NCBI RefSeq assembly: GCF_000015585.1
Contig: NC_008789.1
Span: forward strand, 1,983,151 to 2,007,150
Length of the DNA stretch: 24,000 nt
DNA from: Halorhodospira halophila SL1
Lineage (GTDB): Bacteria; Pseudomonadota; Gammaproteobacteria; Nitrococcales; Halorhodospiraceae
Direction: 5' to 3'
The notes beneath the pieces were generated by a model. The model saw only the letters and a list, made by a program, of their open reading frames with translations. It made no database searches and was not told the DNA's origin. Both the position numbers and the translations under genes were made by a program. Positions 16,197 through 24,000 of this stretch are shown here, in pieces. Every line of letters starts with the position of its first letter. Within the stretch, counting starts at the first letter, position 1.

Positions 16197-17129
16197 GTGG
16201 TGGGGGTGCTGCTCGGCGCGGCGCTGGTCGGCTGTGCCGGACCGGCGCTGCAGCACCCGGAGGTGGTCGCCGAGGCGCAGGAGTCATCCACCCTCCCGCG
16301 GGCGACGGAGCTGCACGACGCTCCCTTCTTCCCAGACGAAACCTACTACTGCGGCCCTGCGGCACTGGCTACGATCCTGGTGGCTAGCGGCGTCCCGACC
16401 ACCGCCAGCGAACTGGTGGATGCGGTCTACCTGCCGGAACGTCAGGGCTCACTGCAGAACGAGCTCATGGCGGCGGCGCGGCGCGCCGATCGCGTCCCCT
16501 TTGAACTTTCGGCCGATTTCAGTGACCTGCTTCGGGAAGTCGCCGGCGGGCAGCCCGTGCTGGTCCTGCAGAACCTGGGGCTGGAGGTACTGCCGCGCTG
16601 GCATTACGCGGTGCTCGTGGGTTACGACCTAGACGCCGGGACGGTCACCCTGCGCTCCGGGACGGAACGCCGTGAGACCCTCTCGCTACGCCGCTTCGAA
16701 CGCACCTGGCAGCGCGGCGAACACTGGGCCATCGTCGTACCAACCCCGGGCCACCTGCCCGCCAGCGCCATCCCCGGGGACTGGGTTGCGGCGGTGGCCG
16801 AGCTGGAGCGGCAGGAGCGCTGGTCGCCGGCCCTGAATGGATACCGGGCAGCGATCACGCGCTGGCCCGAACACGCTGACGCCTGGCTGGGGCTGGGCAA
16901 TGTCCGCTATGCGCGCGGCGAGTACCGGGAGGCCGCCGACGCCTACCGCAAGGCGGGCGATCAAGAGGCCTCACTGGCTGCCGCACACCACAATCTGGCC
17001 TGGGCGCTGCTCCGTCTGGATCGACACGAAGAGGCACTGGAAGCGGCCCGCCGCAGTGAAGAGACCGCCCCCGATCACTCACAGTACGGCCAAGCTGTCG
17101 AACGCATCCGTGCGGAGATCGCCGAATAG
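16197..17129 (+). CDS. PA2778-like C39-type cysteine peptidase lipoprotein with C-terminal TPR repeats
   Basis: Lipobox LVGC. Catalytic-type Cys in YYCGPAALATIL (16350-16352) and His in PRWHYAVLVGYD. TPR-like repeats follow (AWLGLGNVRYARGEYREAADAYRKA...HNLAWALLRLDRHEEALEAARR). The true start may lie slightly upstream, for example CTG 16182. Confidence 0.8.
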   Translation: MVGVLLGAALVGCAGPALQHPEVVAEAQESSTLPRATELHDAPFFPDETYYCGPAALATILVASGVPTTASELVDAVYLPERQGSLQNELMAAARRADRVPFELSADFSDLLREVAGGQPVLVLQNLGLEVLPRWHYAVLVGYDLDAGTVTLRSGTERRETLSLRRFERTWQRGEHWAIVVPTPGHLPASAIPGDWVAAVAELERQERWSPALNGYRAAITRWPEHADAWLGLGNVRYARGEYREAADAYRKAGDQEASLAAAHHNLAWALLRLDRHEEALEAARRSEETAPDHSQYGQAVERIRAEIAE

Positions 17130-17219
17130 CCCAGTTGGGGTGGGTCGCGAAGCGCGCGCTTGCTGGCTATCCTTCGGTGTGGGAACAGCGGATCCCCGCG
17201 AACCAGACAGGAGCCGCCC

Positions 17220-18239
17220 ATGCACCGGTATCGTCGGCCTACCCGCCCCTCCGGAAGCAGACACCGCGCCGGCTTCCTGATCCTAGCCGCGGCCCTCTGG
17301 CCGGTACTCCCCGCGGCGGCCGAGGAGCCCGAGGCACCGGCAGCGGAGAGCGCGGCCGGAGACATCGACCTGCTGACAGACCATCAGCGCGGGATCCTCG
17401 ACGACGCCCTGACGCGCATCGAGGAGGCCGCCCTGCGGGACGACTCGGCCTTCCTCGACGAGGTCTCAGAGCTGCTGTCGACCTACCCGCGCCTAGCCGA
17501 TCCCATCGCCCGGCACGCCATGGAGATGCGCCCGTCCCTGATGCCTGGGATCATGGGCATCCTGGATGACCAGGCGCCCCCGGAGCCCAGCGAAGCCCCA
17601 CCGAGCGCGGACCGACCGAGCTGGTGGCAGGGCGGAATCCCTGGGACGGACCGGGAGGAAGCTCGTGAGGAACCGGCCGAGCAGCCCGAGGCGGTGCGCA
17701 TTGCCGAGCGCGCCGAGGAGGAGGGCGCGCCCGCCCAGCGCAACTGGAGCGTGGGCGTTGGCTACGGCTATCAGCACCTCTCCGTACGCGAACGCCACGG
17801 CAGCGAGTCCACACGTCTGCGCGCCCACGGTCCGACGCTCGACCTCCAGTACGCCGTCAGCGAGCACGCCTCGGTCGGGATCGCCCACCTGCACAGCGAG
17901 CAGCTGAGCACCAGCGGGAGCCACTTCAAGGAACACGACCCCGAGCGCTGGAGCGCCACCGACCTGACCGTCCGCTTCGGCCGCGAGTTCCGCGAGCGGG
18001 GACCGCGCGCCTATATGGGCGCGGGCCTGCATTACGAGCGCCTGGAGCGCGCGGACGGCGATACCCTCACCGGCACCGGCTTCCACCTGCTCGGCGGGGG
18101 CGGATACGCCTGGGAGCGGATCGAACTCCGCCTCGAAGCCTCGGCACGCAGTGTCGATCGCGACCTGGTGCCGGATGACTACCGCGGCAGCCGCTCGAGT
18201 TCTCTGCTGGCCTCAGCAACCCTGCGCGGGCGCTTCTAG
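17220..18239 (+). CDS. outer-membrane beta-barrel protein with a long acidic/proline-rich N-terminal region
   Basis: ATG 17220 follows GGAG. Signal peptide ...LPAAA|EEPE. The roughly 165-aa C-terminus has alternating-pattern strands (NWSVGVGYGYQH, GFHLLGGGGYAWERIELRLEA) and ends in the OMP-type terminal ...ATLRGRF. Confidence 0.65.
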   Translation: MHRYRRPTRPSGSRHRAGFLILAAALWPVLPAAAEEPEAPAAESAAGDIDLLTDHQRGILDDALTRIEEAALRDDSAFLDEVSELLSTYPRLADPIARHAMEMRPSLMPGIMGILDDQAPPEPSEAPPSADRPSWWQGGIPGTDREEAREEPAEQPEAVRIAERAEEEGAPAQRNWSVGVGYGYQHLSVRERHGSESTRLRAHGPTLDLQYAVSEHASVGIAHLHSEQLSTSGSHFKEHDPERWSATDLTVRFGREFRERGPRAYMGAGLHYERLERADGDTLTGTGFHLLGGGGYAWERIELRLEASARSVDRDLVPDDYRGSRSSSLLASATLRGRF

Positions 18240-18256
18240 CAGAACCCTGGACCCGT

Positions 18257-19267
18257 TCATTCCGTCCGGCCGGTCGCCAGATCGATGATCACCCCACGCA
18301 GCCCCTCCCTGAGATGGTCGGCGACCTGCTCCAGCGCGCGGCGCTCGGCCGTCGTGCGATCCGTGGCGGCGCCGCGCACCGACCAGCGGTGCTCACCGCG
18401 GGGCTCGCCGGCGCGGTCGAGCAGACGCAGCGTCAGCCCGCCACGCTGCCAGTACCAGCCATCGCGTTGCCCCAGGTCCTCTAACTCCAGCACGGCCTCC
18501 AGGCGATAGGCGTCCTCGCCGCCTCCCTCCACCACCTGGAACCCGGCGGCGACCACCGCGGCGCGGAGCGTCTGCGCCACCCGGTCGGGATGGGCTCCGC
18601 GCCCCTCGGTCCGGAACGGGATCGCCGCGGCCTCCGAAGCCAGTCGTGCCCGAAGTACCGCAGGCTCATAGCGCACGGCCATGCCAGCACCCGTCAGCAC
18701 CCGCAGGGCCTGCTGGTATTCGGCGCGCTGGCGTTGCGCCTCGAGACCCCGCGCCAGCGCGGCAAGCGCATGCAGCGGATCCTCCGCTTCATCCGCCTGG
18801 CGCAGATCACGACTTGTCGCAGCGTCGAGCCCCGCCATGGCCTCGCGCAGGGCACTGGCCGCTCGCTGGCGGTCGAGGACCGCCAGGACGTGGTAGCGAC
18901 CGCTCTCGGGCTCTCGCCACGTCTCGCCTATCTCGACGCCGCGCAGGGTCACCTCGGTCCGAGTCGCGACCTGCTGGCCCAGGGTCGCCTGGTGCCGGGT
19001 CGCACCTGCACCGAACTCCAACCGATCCTCCTGCTGCGTGCGGGCCGCCACGTGCACCTCGAAGGCCCGCGCCAACTCCGCCCGGGCCCGATCCTGGGCC
19101 GACTCACGGCTGTCGGCCGTCCCCACCGCGGTCAGGTAGCGGGCACGCGGAAACTCCGCCGGCTCAGCCCCTTCCACCCAGCCCGGCGGTTCCGCTGGCC
19201 GCGAACCGCCACCGGCGCAGCCGACCGCCAGGAGGACCCCTGCCAGGAACAGGGCCAGACTTCTCAC
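18257..19267 (-). CDS. LPP20-domain lipoprotein
   Basis: Lipobox AVGC. The N-terminal domain pattern YLTAVGTADSRESAQDRARAELARAFEVHV...YHVLAVLDR is typical of the LPP20 family. The GTG start overlaps the upstream gene stop (GTGA at 19264-19267). Confidence 0.7.
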   Translation of the reverse strand: MRSLALFLAGVLLAVGCAGGGSRPAEPPGWVEGAEPAEFPRARYLTAVGTADSRESAQDRARAELARAFEVHVAARTQQEDRLEFGAGATRHQATLGQQVATRTEVTLRGVEIGETWREPESGRYHVLAVLDRQRAASALREAMAGLDAATSRDLRQADEAEDPLHALAALARGLEAQRQRAEYQQALRVLTGAGMAVRYEPAVLRARLASEAAAIPFRTEGRGAHPDRVAQTLRAAVVAAGFQVVEGGGEDAYRLEAVLELEDLGQRDGWYWQRGGLTLRLLDRAGEPRGEHRWSVRGAATDRTTAERRALEQVADHLREGLRGVIIDLATGRTE

Positions 19268-20589
19268 GGCTCCTCCCTGCGAGTTACGGAGCCAGCATGC
19301 GCCGAAACCCAGCGATCAAAGACAAAGTGGTACTCCCCGGCCTCAAGCTCCAGAGGCCCCAGATCCACCCGGGTCAGGGCGTGCCCGGAGCGCCCCTGAT
19401 AGACCAGCTCGAGCCGGTGCTCACCGGGCGGCAGGCTGATCCGGGCCATGTAGTACTGCGCCGGCAGCATCCCCCAGGTCCGGGTATCTGCGCGGTCGGC
19501 GACCAGGGTAAAGATGTTCATAGCCAGGCCGGCTACCGGACTGGCTTCCCGGGCCTGATCGATCATCTCCTTCTGCACCAACAGCCGGCCCAGCGCCCGG
19601 GCAGCCAGCGCGGCCTGCTGCTCCTGGAGCAGGATACGGGCGACCGCATCGATATCGTGCACCGGCTCTGCCACGACCGAGGCCGCCTCGCTGCTGACCC
19701 GGATGCCCCCAACCGGCCGCTGCCGCGGCTCGTAATACGGCAGGGCCACGCTGTGGATGCGCCCCTGATGGTCCTGCACCGCGAACCCTTGTTCGCCCTT
19801 ACGCGGCGCCAATCCGACCCCGGCGACGATCACCACATGGGCCTGCTCGCGATGCGCGGCCGGATCCGGCCAGGTGTCCTTCCCGAACGCCTCCTGCCAC
19901 TCGGCCCGGTCGTCGTCGAGACCCAGTTCATCAGCCAGACGCAGCAGATCCCGGTGCAGCGCCTGGGGCACGGCGACGCCCAGGCGGCCGCCCTGCTCCC
20001 GGTACGCCTGGTAGGCCTGGCGATACGCCACCAGGGCCTGATCCGGCTCGCCGAGACGCTCGAAGATCAGCCCGCTGAGATACCGCGCGAAGGGGTCCTG
20101 CCGGTAGACGGACCGGCCCTGCTCGGCAGCCAGGCGCTGCAGACGCAGATCCACCCGCAGGGCCTCCACCCGGGCGGCGTCGGGGTCACCCAGATCCAGA
20201 TAATTGAAGGCCATGAGCAGATGGAGCAGCACCCGTTCGTGGGGCTCGCCGGCATAGGCAAAGACCGTCTCGCCCACCATCAGGCTTCCAACGCTCTCGG
20301 AGACACTCAGCGGGTCGACCTCGGCAATGGCGTCATAGGCCGCCTCCAGGGCACGATTGCTCGCCTCGAACTCGCCGGCCATGCGCAGCAGCGCGCCCCG
20401 GTTGAGCAGGTCCACCACCCGGTCCCCGGAGCCGCCGCTGCGCTCATCGAGGAGTTCCACTGCCCGGCGCGGGTCCCCCTCGTCGACCGCGGCCTCCACC
20501 GGGCCCATTCGGTCACCGTACGTCGTGCACCCGGCCAACGCGATGGCCAGCGCCACCGCCAGCCCGGACCAACGCAGTCCAGACCTCAC
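19264..20589 (-). CDS. COG3014-like TPR-containing lipoprotein
   Basis: Lipobox LAGC with helical TPR-like repeats (LLNRGALLRMAGEFEASNRALEAAY, FNYLDLGDPDAARVEA, YLSGLIFERLGEPDQALVAYRQAYQAY). The preferred start is GTG 20589, 13 nt after the LpoB-like stop. The ORF-track start at 20655 would overlap the upstream gene by 53 nt. Confidence 0.7.
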   Translation of the reverse strand: MRSGLRWSGLAVALAIALAGCTTYGDRMGPVEAAVDEGDPRRAVELLDERSGGSGDRVVDLLNRGALLRMAGEFEASNRALEAAYDAIAEVDPLSVSESVGSLMVGETVFAYAGEPHERVLLHLLMAFNYLDLGDPDAARVEALRVDLRLQRLAAEQGRSVYRQDPFARYLSGLIFERLGEPDQALVAYRQAYQAYREQGGRLGVAVPQALHRDLLRLADELGLDDDRAEWQEAFGKDTWPDPAAHREQAHVVIVAGVGLAPRKGEQGFAVQDHQGRIHSVALPYYEPRQRPVGGIRVSSEAASVVAEPVHDIDAVARILLQEQQAALAARALGRLLVQKEMIDQAREASPVAGLAMNIFTLVADRADTRTWGMLPAQYYMARISLPPGEHRLELVYQGRSGHALTRVDLGPLELEAGEYHFVFDRWVSAHAGSVTRREEP

Positions 20590-20602
20590 GCGGCCCCGCC
20601 GC

Positions 20603-21202
20603 TCAGGGCCGTGCCGAGGCCGAGCGCACGAGCTTGCGGATCTCCTTGTTGCCAATCCAGACCTTGCGGTTATCGGCCAGGCTGATCAGCTCCATGTCGA
20701 CCTGGTAGTAACGGACCTGGCGCCGACCCTCCTGATCGATGATGGAGTTCACCGAACCGAGCAGCATGTAATCCGCGCCCAGCTCCTCTCCCATGGCCTT
20801 GCGGGTCTCCTCGCTGGCGTGCAGATCCTGATCCCGGCGCTCCTCCCGGATCCGCTCGCGCTGATCGGCGTCAGCGACGAAGTCCACCTGGCCGGAATTG
20901 ATCAACTCCCGCTGGATATCGTTGACGAAGGTGCGGGTGTTGATGTGCTCGTGGCTGAGGTTGCGGACGTCGCCGACGATGACCGTCGGCCGAGCCCCCT
21001 CCTCGCGGCGAAAATCCCGCAGCCAGGGGCGATCCAGGGCGTCGGCGATCATCTCTTCGGCAACCAGGCGCGAATCCTGGTCATTCCAACGCCCGGAGAG
21101 GTCGTATTCCTCGTCCCGGTCGATTCGCTCCACCGAGTGGCCGCAGCCCACCAAAGCCACAACCACCAGCAGCACTAGGGCACCCCGAATCCACACCGTC
21201 AT
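20603..21202 (-). CDS. LpoB-like (COG3417) lipoprotein
   Basis: ATG 21202 follows GAGAGGG. Lipobox LVGC. The globular domain has the LpoB-type pattern (TVIVGDVRNLSHEHINTRTFVNDIQRELINSGQVDFV...GADYMLLGSVNSI...YYQVDMELISLADNRKVW). Confidence 0.75.
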   Translation of the reverse strand: MTVWIRGALVLLVVVALVGCGHSVERIDRDEEYDLSGRWNDQDSRLVAEEMIADALDRPWLRDFRREEGARPTVIVGDVRNLSHEHINTRTFVNDIQRELINSGQVDFVADADQRERIREERRDQDLHASEETRKAMGEELGADYMLLGSVNSIIDQEGRRQVRYYQVDMELISLADNRKVWIGNKEIRKLVRSASARP

Positions 21203-21305
21203 AGCCCTCTCGCTTTCCCGGGAAAACACCTTGCCGGGTCAGTATAACGCGCTGTGTAGCGCCCGGGGGTCGACGTCAGCGGGGCGTCCGTGCAGAATGC
21301 TGCAT

Positions 21306-21752
21306 ATGAAGAATTCTCTTCAGGAACAACTTGTTAGAGCAGGATTAGCGAGCCAGGAGAAGGTCCGCAATCAGCGCTCGGGGTCCCGTCCGGAGAGCCG
21401 CAGGCGGCCACGCCGGGATCGAGCCCCCCGCCGGGCGAAGGGGGCGTCGGCGCAGACACCACTGGAGGCTCGCATCCCGCTGCCCGACCTGATCCACCAC
21501 TACGCGCTGCCGCGCTGGGGAGCGGATACGGCTTACCACTTCACCGAGGGCCAGCGGATCCGTCACGTCTGGGTCACCCGGCAACAACAACGGCAGCTGG
21601 CGGACGGCTACGCCGGTCTCGTCACCGCCGACGATGGCCTGAGGGTCGTACCGCGGGCGGTCGCCGAGCAGGTCCGTCAACGCCGGCCCGCGGCCCTTCT
21701 GGTCCTCCACCCCCTCAAGGAGCGGGACGACGCACCGGCGCGACGCTCATGA
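21306..21752 (+). CDS. DUF2058 (YaiL-like) protein
   Basis: N-terminal [14 protein letters not shown], a basic R/K-rich linker and a conserved C-terminal block ([30 protein letters not shown]). Start is ATG 21306, or 21297. The long upstream part of ORF 20898 is antisense to the LpoB-like gene. Confidence 0.75.
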   Translation: MKNSLQEQLVRAGLASQEKVRNQRSGSRPESRRRPRRDRAPRRAKGASAQTPLEARIPLPDLIHHYALPRWGADTAYHFTEGQRIRHVWVTRQQQRQLADGYAGLVTADDGLRVVPRAVAEQVRQRRPAALLVLHPLKERDDAPARRS

Positions 21753-22703
21753 CGTTGCCGGTGGTTGCCCGAGCTCCTTGGGCAACCCGAAGGTCACCGT
21801 CTCTGCCTTCCCCGAGCGCTCCTCCGGCGGCTCGCACCCCCAGGCGCGGAGCTGCTCGACCACCTCGATGACCGTGCTCTCCGGCGCCGAGGCCCCCGCC
21901 GTCACACCGATCGCCTGCCGGCCGTCGAGCCAGTCGCGGTCCAGATCGGCGGCGCCGTCGATCAGATACGCCTCGGTGCCGCAGCGCACGGCGAGTTCAC
22001 GCAGGCGGTTGGAATTGGAGCTGTTGACCGATCCCACCACCAGCATCAAGTCCACTTCTTCGGCCAGGGCGCGCACGGCATCCTGGCGATTCTGCGTGGC
22101 GTAGCAGATATCGTCCTTACGCGGCCCCTGGATGGCAGGAAAACGCCGCTGCAGCGCCTCAACGATACCGGCGGCATCGTCCACCGACAGCGTGGTCTGG
22201 GTAACGAAGGCGAGATCGTCCGGACGCCGGACCTGCAGTGCCGCCGCCTCCTCCTGGTTCTGCACCAGATAGATGCCGCCCTGCCCCTCAGGGGCCAGAT
22301 ACTGGCCCATGGTGCCCTCCACCTCCGGGTGGCCGGCGTGACCGATCAGCACCACTTCGCGACCGGCGCGGGCATGCCCGCGCACCTCCTTGTGGACCTT
22401 GGTCACCAGCGGGCAGGTGGCATCAAAGACCTGCAGCCCGCGGCGCTCGGCCTCGTCGGCGACCCATTGCGGCACGCCGTGGGCGCTGAAGATGACGGTG
22501 GCCCCGTCGGGCACCTCGTGCAGCTCCTCGACGAAGACCGCACCCCGCCCGCGCAGGTCATCCACCACAAAGCGATTGTGGACCACCTCGTGACGGACAT
22601 AGACCGGAGACCCGTAGACCGCCAGGGCTCGATCGACAATGGCAATGGCGCGGTCCACGCCGGCACAGAAACCGCGAGGGTTGGCAAGGTGGATCTTGGG
22701 CAC
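21747..22703 (-). CDS. ispH: 4-hydroxy-3-methylbut-2-enyl diphosphate reductase
   Basis: GTG 22703 follows GGAGG, giving (M)[19 protein letters not shown], which matches the E. coli IspH N-terminus. Also [10 protein letters not shown] and [11 protein letters not shown]. Confidence 0.95.
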   Translation of the reverse strand: MPKIHLANPRGFCAGVDRAIAIVDRALAVYGSPVYVRHEVVHNRFVVDDLRGRGAVFVEELHEVPDGATVIFSAHGVPQWVADEAERRGLQVFDATCPLVTKVHKEVRGHARAGREVVLIGHAGHPEVEGTMGQYLAPEGQGGIYLVQNQEEAAALQVRRPDDLAFVTQTTLSVDDAAGIVEALQRRFPAIQGPRKDDICYATQNRQDAVRALAEEVDLMLVVGSVNSSNSNRLRELAVRCGTEAYLIDGAADLDRDWLDGRQAIGVTAGASAPESTVIEVVEQLRAWGCEPPEERSGKAETVTFGLPKELGQPPATS

Positions 22704-22725
22704 GGGGACCTCCGTTCGCTCTTCC

Positions 22726-23199
22726 CTACAGGTTCGACCGATCAAAAAAGAGAAGGATCACGATCACGAGCCCTGCACCGACCGTGATGGCGATATCGGC
22801 GACGTTGAAGATCGGCCAGTGGAAACCGGCGTAGTGCAGGTGGATGAAGTCCACCACCTGCCCCAGCCGCAGGCGATCCACCAGGTTGCCCAGGGCCCCG
22901 GCGAGGATCAACGCCAGCCCTGCGGAGAGCCAGGGCTGCGACGCGCCGATGCGCCGCAGCCAATAGGCCAGGTACACCCCGACCGCAGCGGCCACCCCGG
23001 CCAGGAGCCAGCGCTGCCAGCCGCCAGCGTCGCCCAGCAGGCTGAAGGCAGCCCCGGGATTGTAGCCCAGGGTCAGGCTGAGGACCGGCAGCAGCTCCAC
23101 CGACTCGTAGGGCCGCAGCGCCGCCTGGGCCCAGACCTTGGTGGCCTGATCCAGTGCCGCGATGGCGACAGCAAGCAGCATCCAGAGCCGGTAGCCCAT
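22726..23199 (-). CDS. lspA: lipoprotein signal peptidase (signal peptidase II)
   Basis: ATG 23199 follows [33 protein letters not shown]...GNLVDRL...[13 protein letters not shown]. It lies in ileS-lspA-ispH synteny. Confidence 0.93.
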   Translation of the reverse strand: MGYRLWMLLAVAIAALDQATKVWAQAALRPYESVELLPVLSLTLGYNPGAAFSLLGDAGGWQRWLLAGVAAAVGVYLAYWLRRIGASQPWLSAGLALILAGALGNLVDRLRLGQVVDFIHLHYAGFHWPIFNVADIAITVGAGLVIVILLFFDRSNL

Positions 23200-23210
23200 G
23201 CCCTCCCCCG

Positions 23211-24000
23211 TCAGGCCGTGGCCCGGTACTCGCCGGACCCGGCCACGTTCTCGACGCAGCGGCCGCACAGCTCCGGGTGCTCATCGCTGGCGCCGATATC
23301 CGGACTGCGGTGCCAACAGCGCGGGCACTTGTCATGGGCCGACGCGGCCACCGCGATGCGCACCTCGCTGCCGTCCTCCAGCGTAGCGCTGGCCGCGTCC
23401 ACCGGGGCCTCGGTCGCGGCGTGGATGCGCGCCGCCGAGGTGATCAGCACGAAGCGCAGCTCATCGCCCAGAGGGGCCAGCTCCTCGGCGAGCGCCGAAG
23501 AGACGTAGAGATCCACCTCGGCATCCAGGTTGGCGCCGATGACCTTCTCGTTGCGCAGCCGCTCCAACTCACGACTGACCGCGGTACGCACCTCCATCAC
23601 CCGATCCCAGAAAGCGGCCTCGGCCGGCTCATCGTCCAGCGGGAAGAGCCCGTCGTACCACTCCGCCGTGAACACCGGCTCGCGGCGCTCCCCGGGCAGG
23701 TGCCCCCAGATCTCGTCGGCGGTGAACGAGAGGATCGGCGCCAGCCAGCGCACCAGGGCCTCGGCGATGTGGTACATGGCCGTCTGCCCGGAGCGCCGGG
23801 CACGGCTATCCGCCGGCGTGGTGTAGAGCCGGTCCTTGAGCACGTCGAGGTAGAAGCCGCCCATGTCCACCACACAGAAGTTGTGCAGCAGGTGGTAGAT
23901 GCGGTGCAGCTCGTAGCGATCGTAGGCGGCAACGATGCGCTCCTGCAGAGCCCGCGTCCGGGCCACCGCCCAGCGATCCAGCGGCAGCAGCTGCTCGGCC
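23211..24000 (-). CDS. ileS: isoleucine--tRNA ligase (C-terminal part; N-terminus beyond the right edge)
   Basis: The frame is open to the window edge. C-terminal anticodon-binding region plus zinc-finger tail CPRCWH...CGRCVENV. It lies upstream of lspA. Confidence 0.95.
   Translation of the reverse strand, partial: AEQLLPLDRWAVARTRALQERIVAAYDRYELHRIYHLLHNFCVVDMGGFYLDVLKDRLYTTPADSRARRSGQTAMYHIAEALVRWLAPILSFTADEIWGHLPGERREPVFTAEWYDGLFPLDDEPAEAAFWDRVMEVRTAVSRELERLRNEKVIGANLDAEVDLYVSSALAEELAPLGDELRFVLITSAARIHAATEAPVDAASATLEDGSEVRIAVAASAHDKCPRCWHRSPDIGASDEHPELCGRCVENVAGSGEYRATA

Noticed and set aside
17150-17161. Perfect 12-nt palindrome AAGCGCGCGCTT between the PA2778-like gene and the OM barrel gene
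   Set aside because: It is too short and has no loop, so it cannot be called a terminator or operator. Such palindromes are easily produced by chance in GC-rich DNA.
18646-20685. 679-aa plus-strand ORF, the longest in the track
   Set aside because: It is entirely antisense to the LPP20-like and COG3014-like genes. It has low-complexity P/R/G composition, no start context and no motifs. This is a GC-driven artefact.
16197-23199. Four lipobox proteins within 5.4 kb, close to lspA (signal peptidase II)
   Set aside because: lspA sits in its universal ileS-lspA-ispH context, so the proximity is most likely coincidental. Noted only as a curiosity.
21765-23508. Plus-strand ORFs 21765..22787 (340 aa) and 22639..23508 (289 aa), opposite ispH, lspA and ileS
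   Set aside because: They are antisense to three universally conserved genes, with no independent support.
1-24000. CRISPR arrays, IS elements, prophage or defence-island content, long direct or inverted repeats
   Set aside because: Reading both strands, I saw no repeat-spacer periodicity, no transposase or integrase-like translations and no large intergenic regions. A computational self-dot-plot would be needed to exclude dispersed short repeats.

Overview
This is a very GC-rich, gene-dense chromosomal segment with short intergenic gaps. It is almost certainly from a Halorhodospira-type purple sulfur gammaproteobacterium (Ectothiorhodospiraceae), because it carries the photoactive yellow protein gene pyp followed directly by its chromophore-pathway genes pcl and tal. 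Gene order left to right: minus-strand leuB(partial)-leuD-leuC, an HcaT-like MFS permease and aroC. Then plus-strand COG0523 metallochaperone GTPase, queC, a dadA-like FAD dehydrogenase and pyp-pcl-tal. Then a convergent minus-strand type IV minor-pilin operon (pilV-pilW-pilX-pilE plus a FimT/GspH-like gene). Then tRNA-Thr(CGU), a small alpha/beta hydrolase, and a PA2779-like / PA2778-like C39-peptidase lipoprotein / outer-membrane barrel trio. Then a convergent minus-strand lipoprotein trio (LpoB-like, COG3014-like TPR, LPP20-like), a DUF2058 gene, and minus-strand ispH-lspA-ileS(partial). I saw no transposase, integrase, CRISPR array, toxin-antitoxin pair or recognisable defence gene, so the window is mostly core genome. 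The items most worth follow-up are listed here. (1) Pcl has an N-terminal roughly 95-aa segment that looks like an acyl-carrier domain with an intact ADSLD serine motif. (2) The PA2779/PA2778/OM-barrel envelope module is functionally undefined. (3) The LpoB-like/TPR/LPP20 lipoprotein trio is translationally coupled. (4) The minor-pilin operon lacks PilY1 and has NTGA-coupled junctions. (5) Several RNA hairpins sit at operon junctions. All calls rest on reading the translations and DNA by eye; no searches were run.
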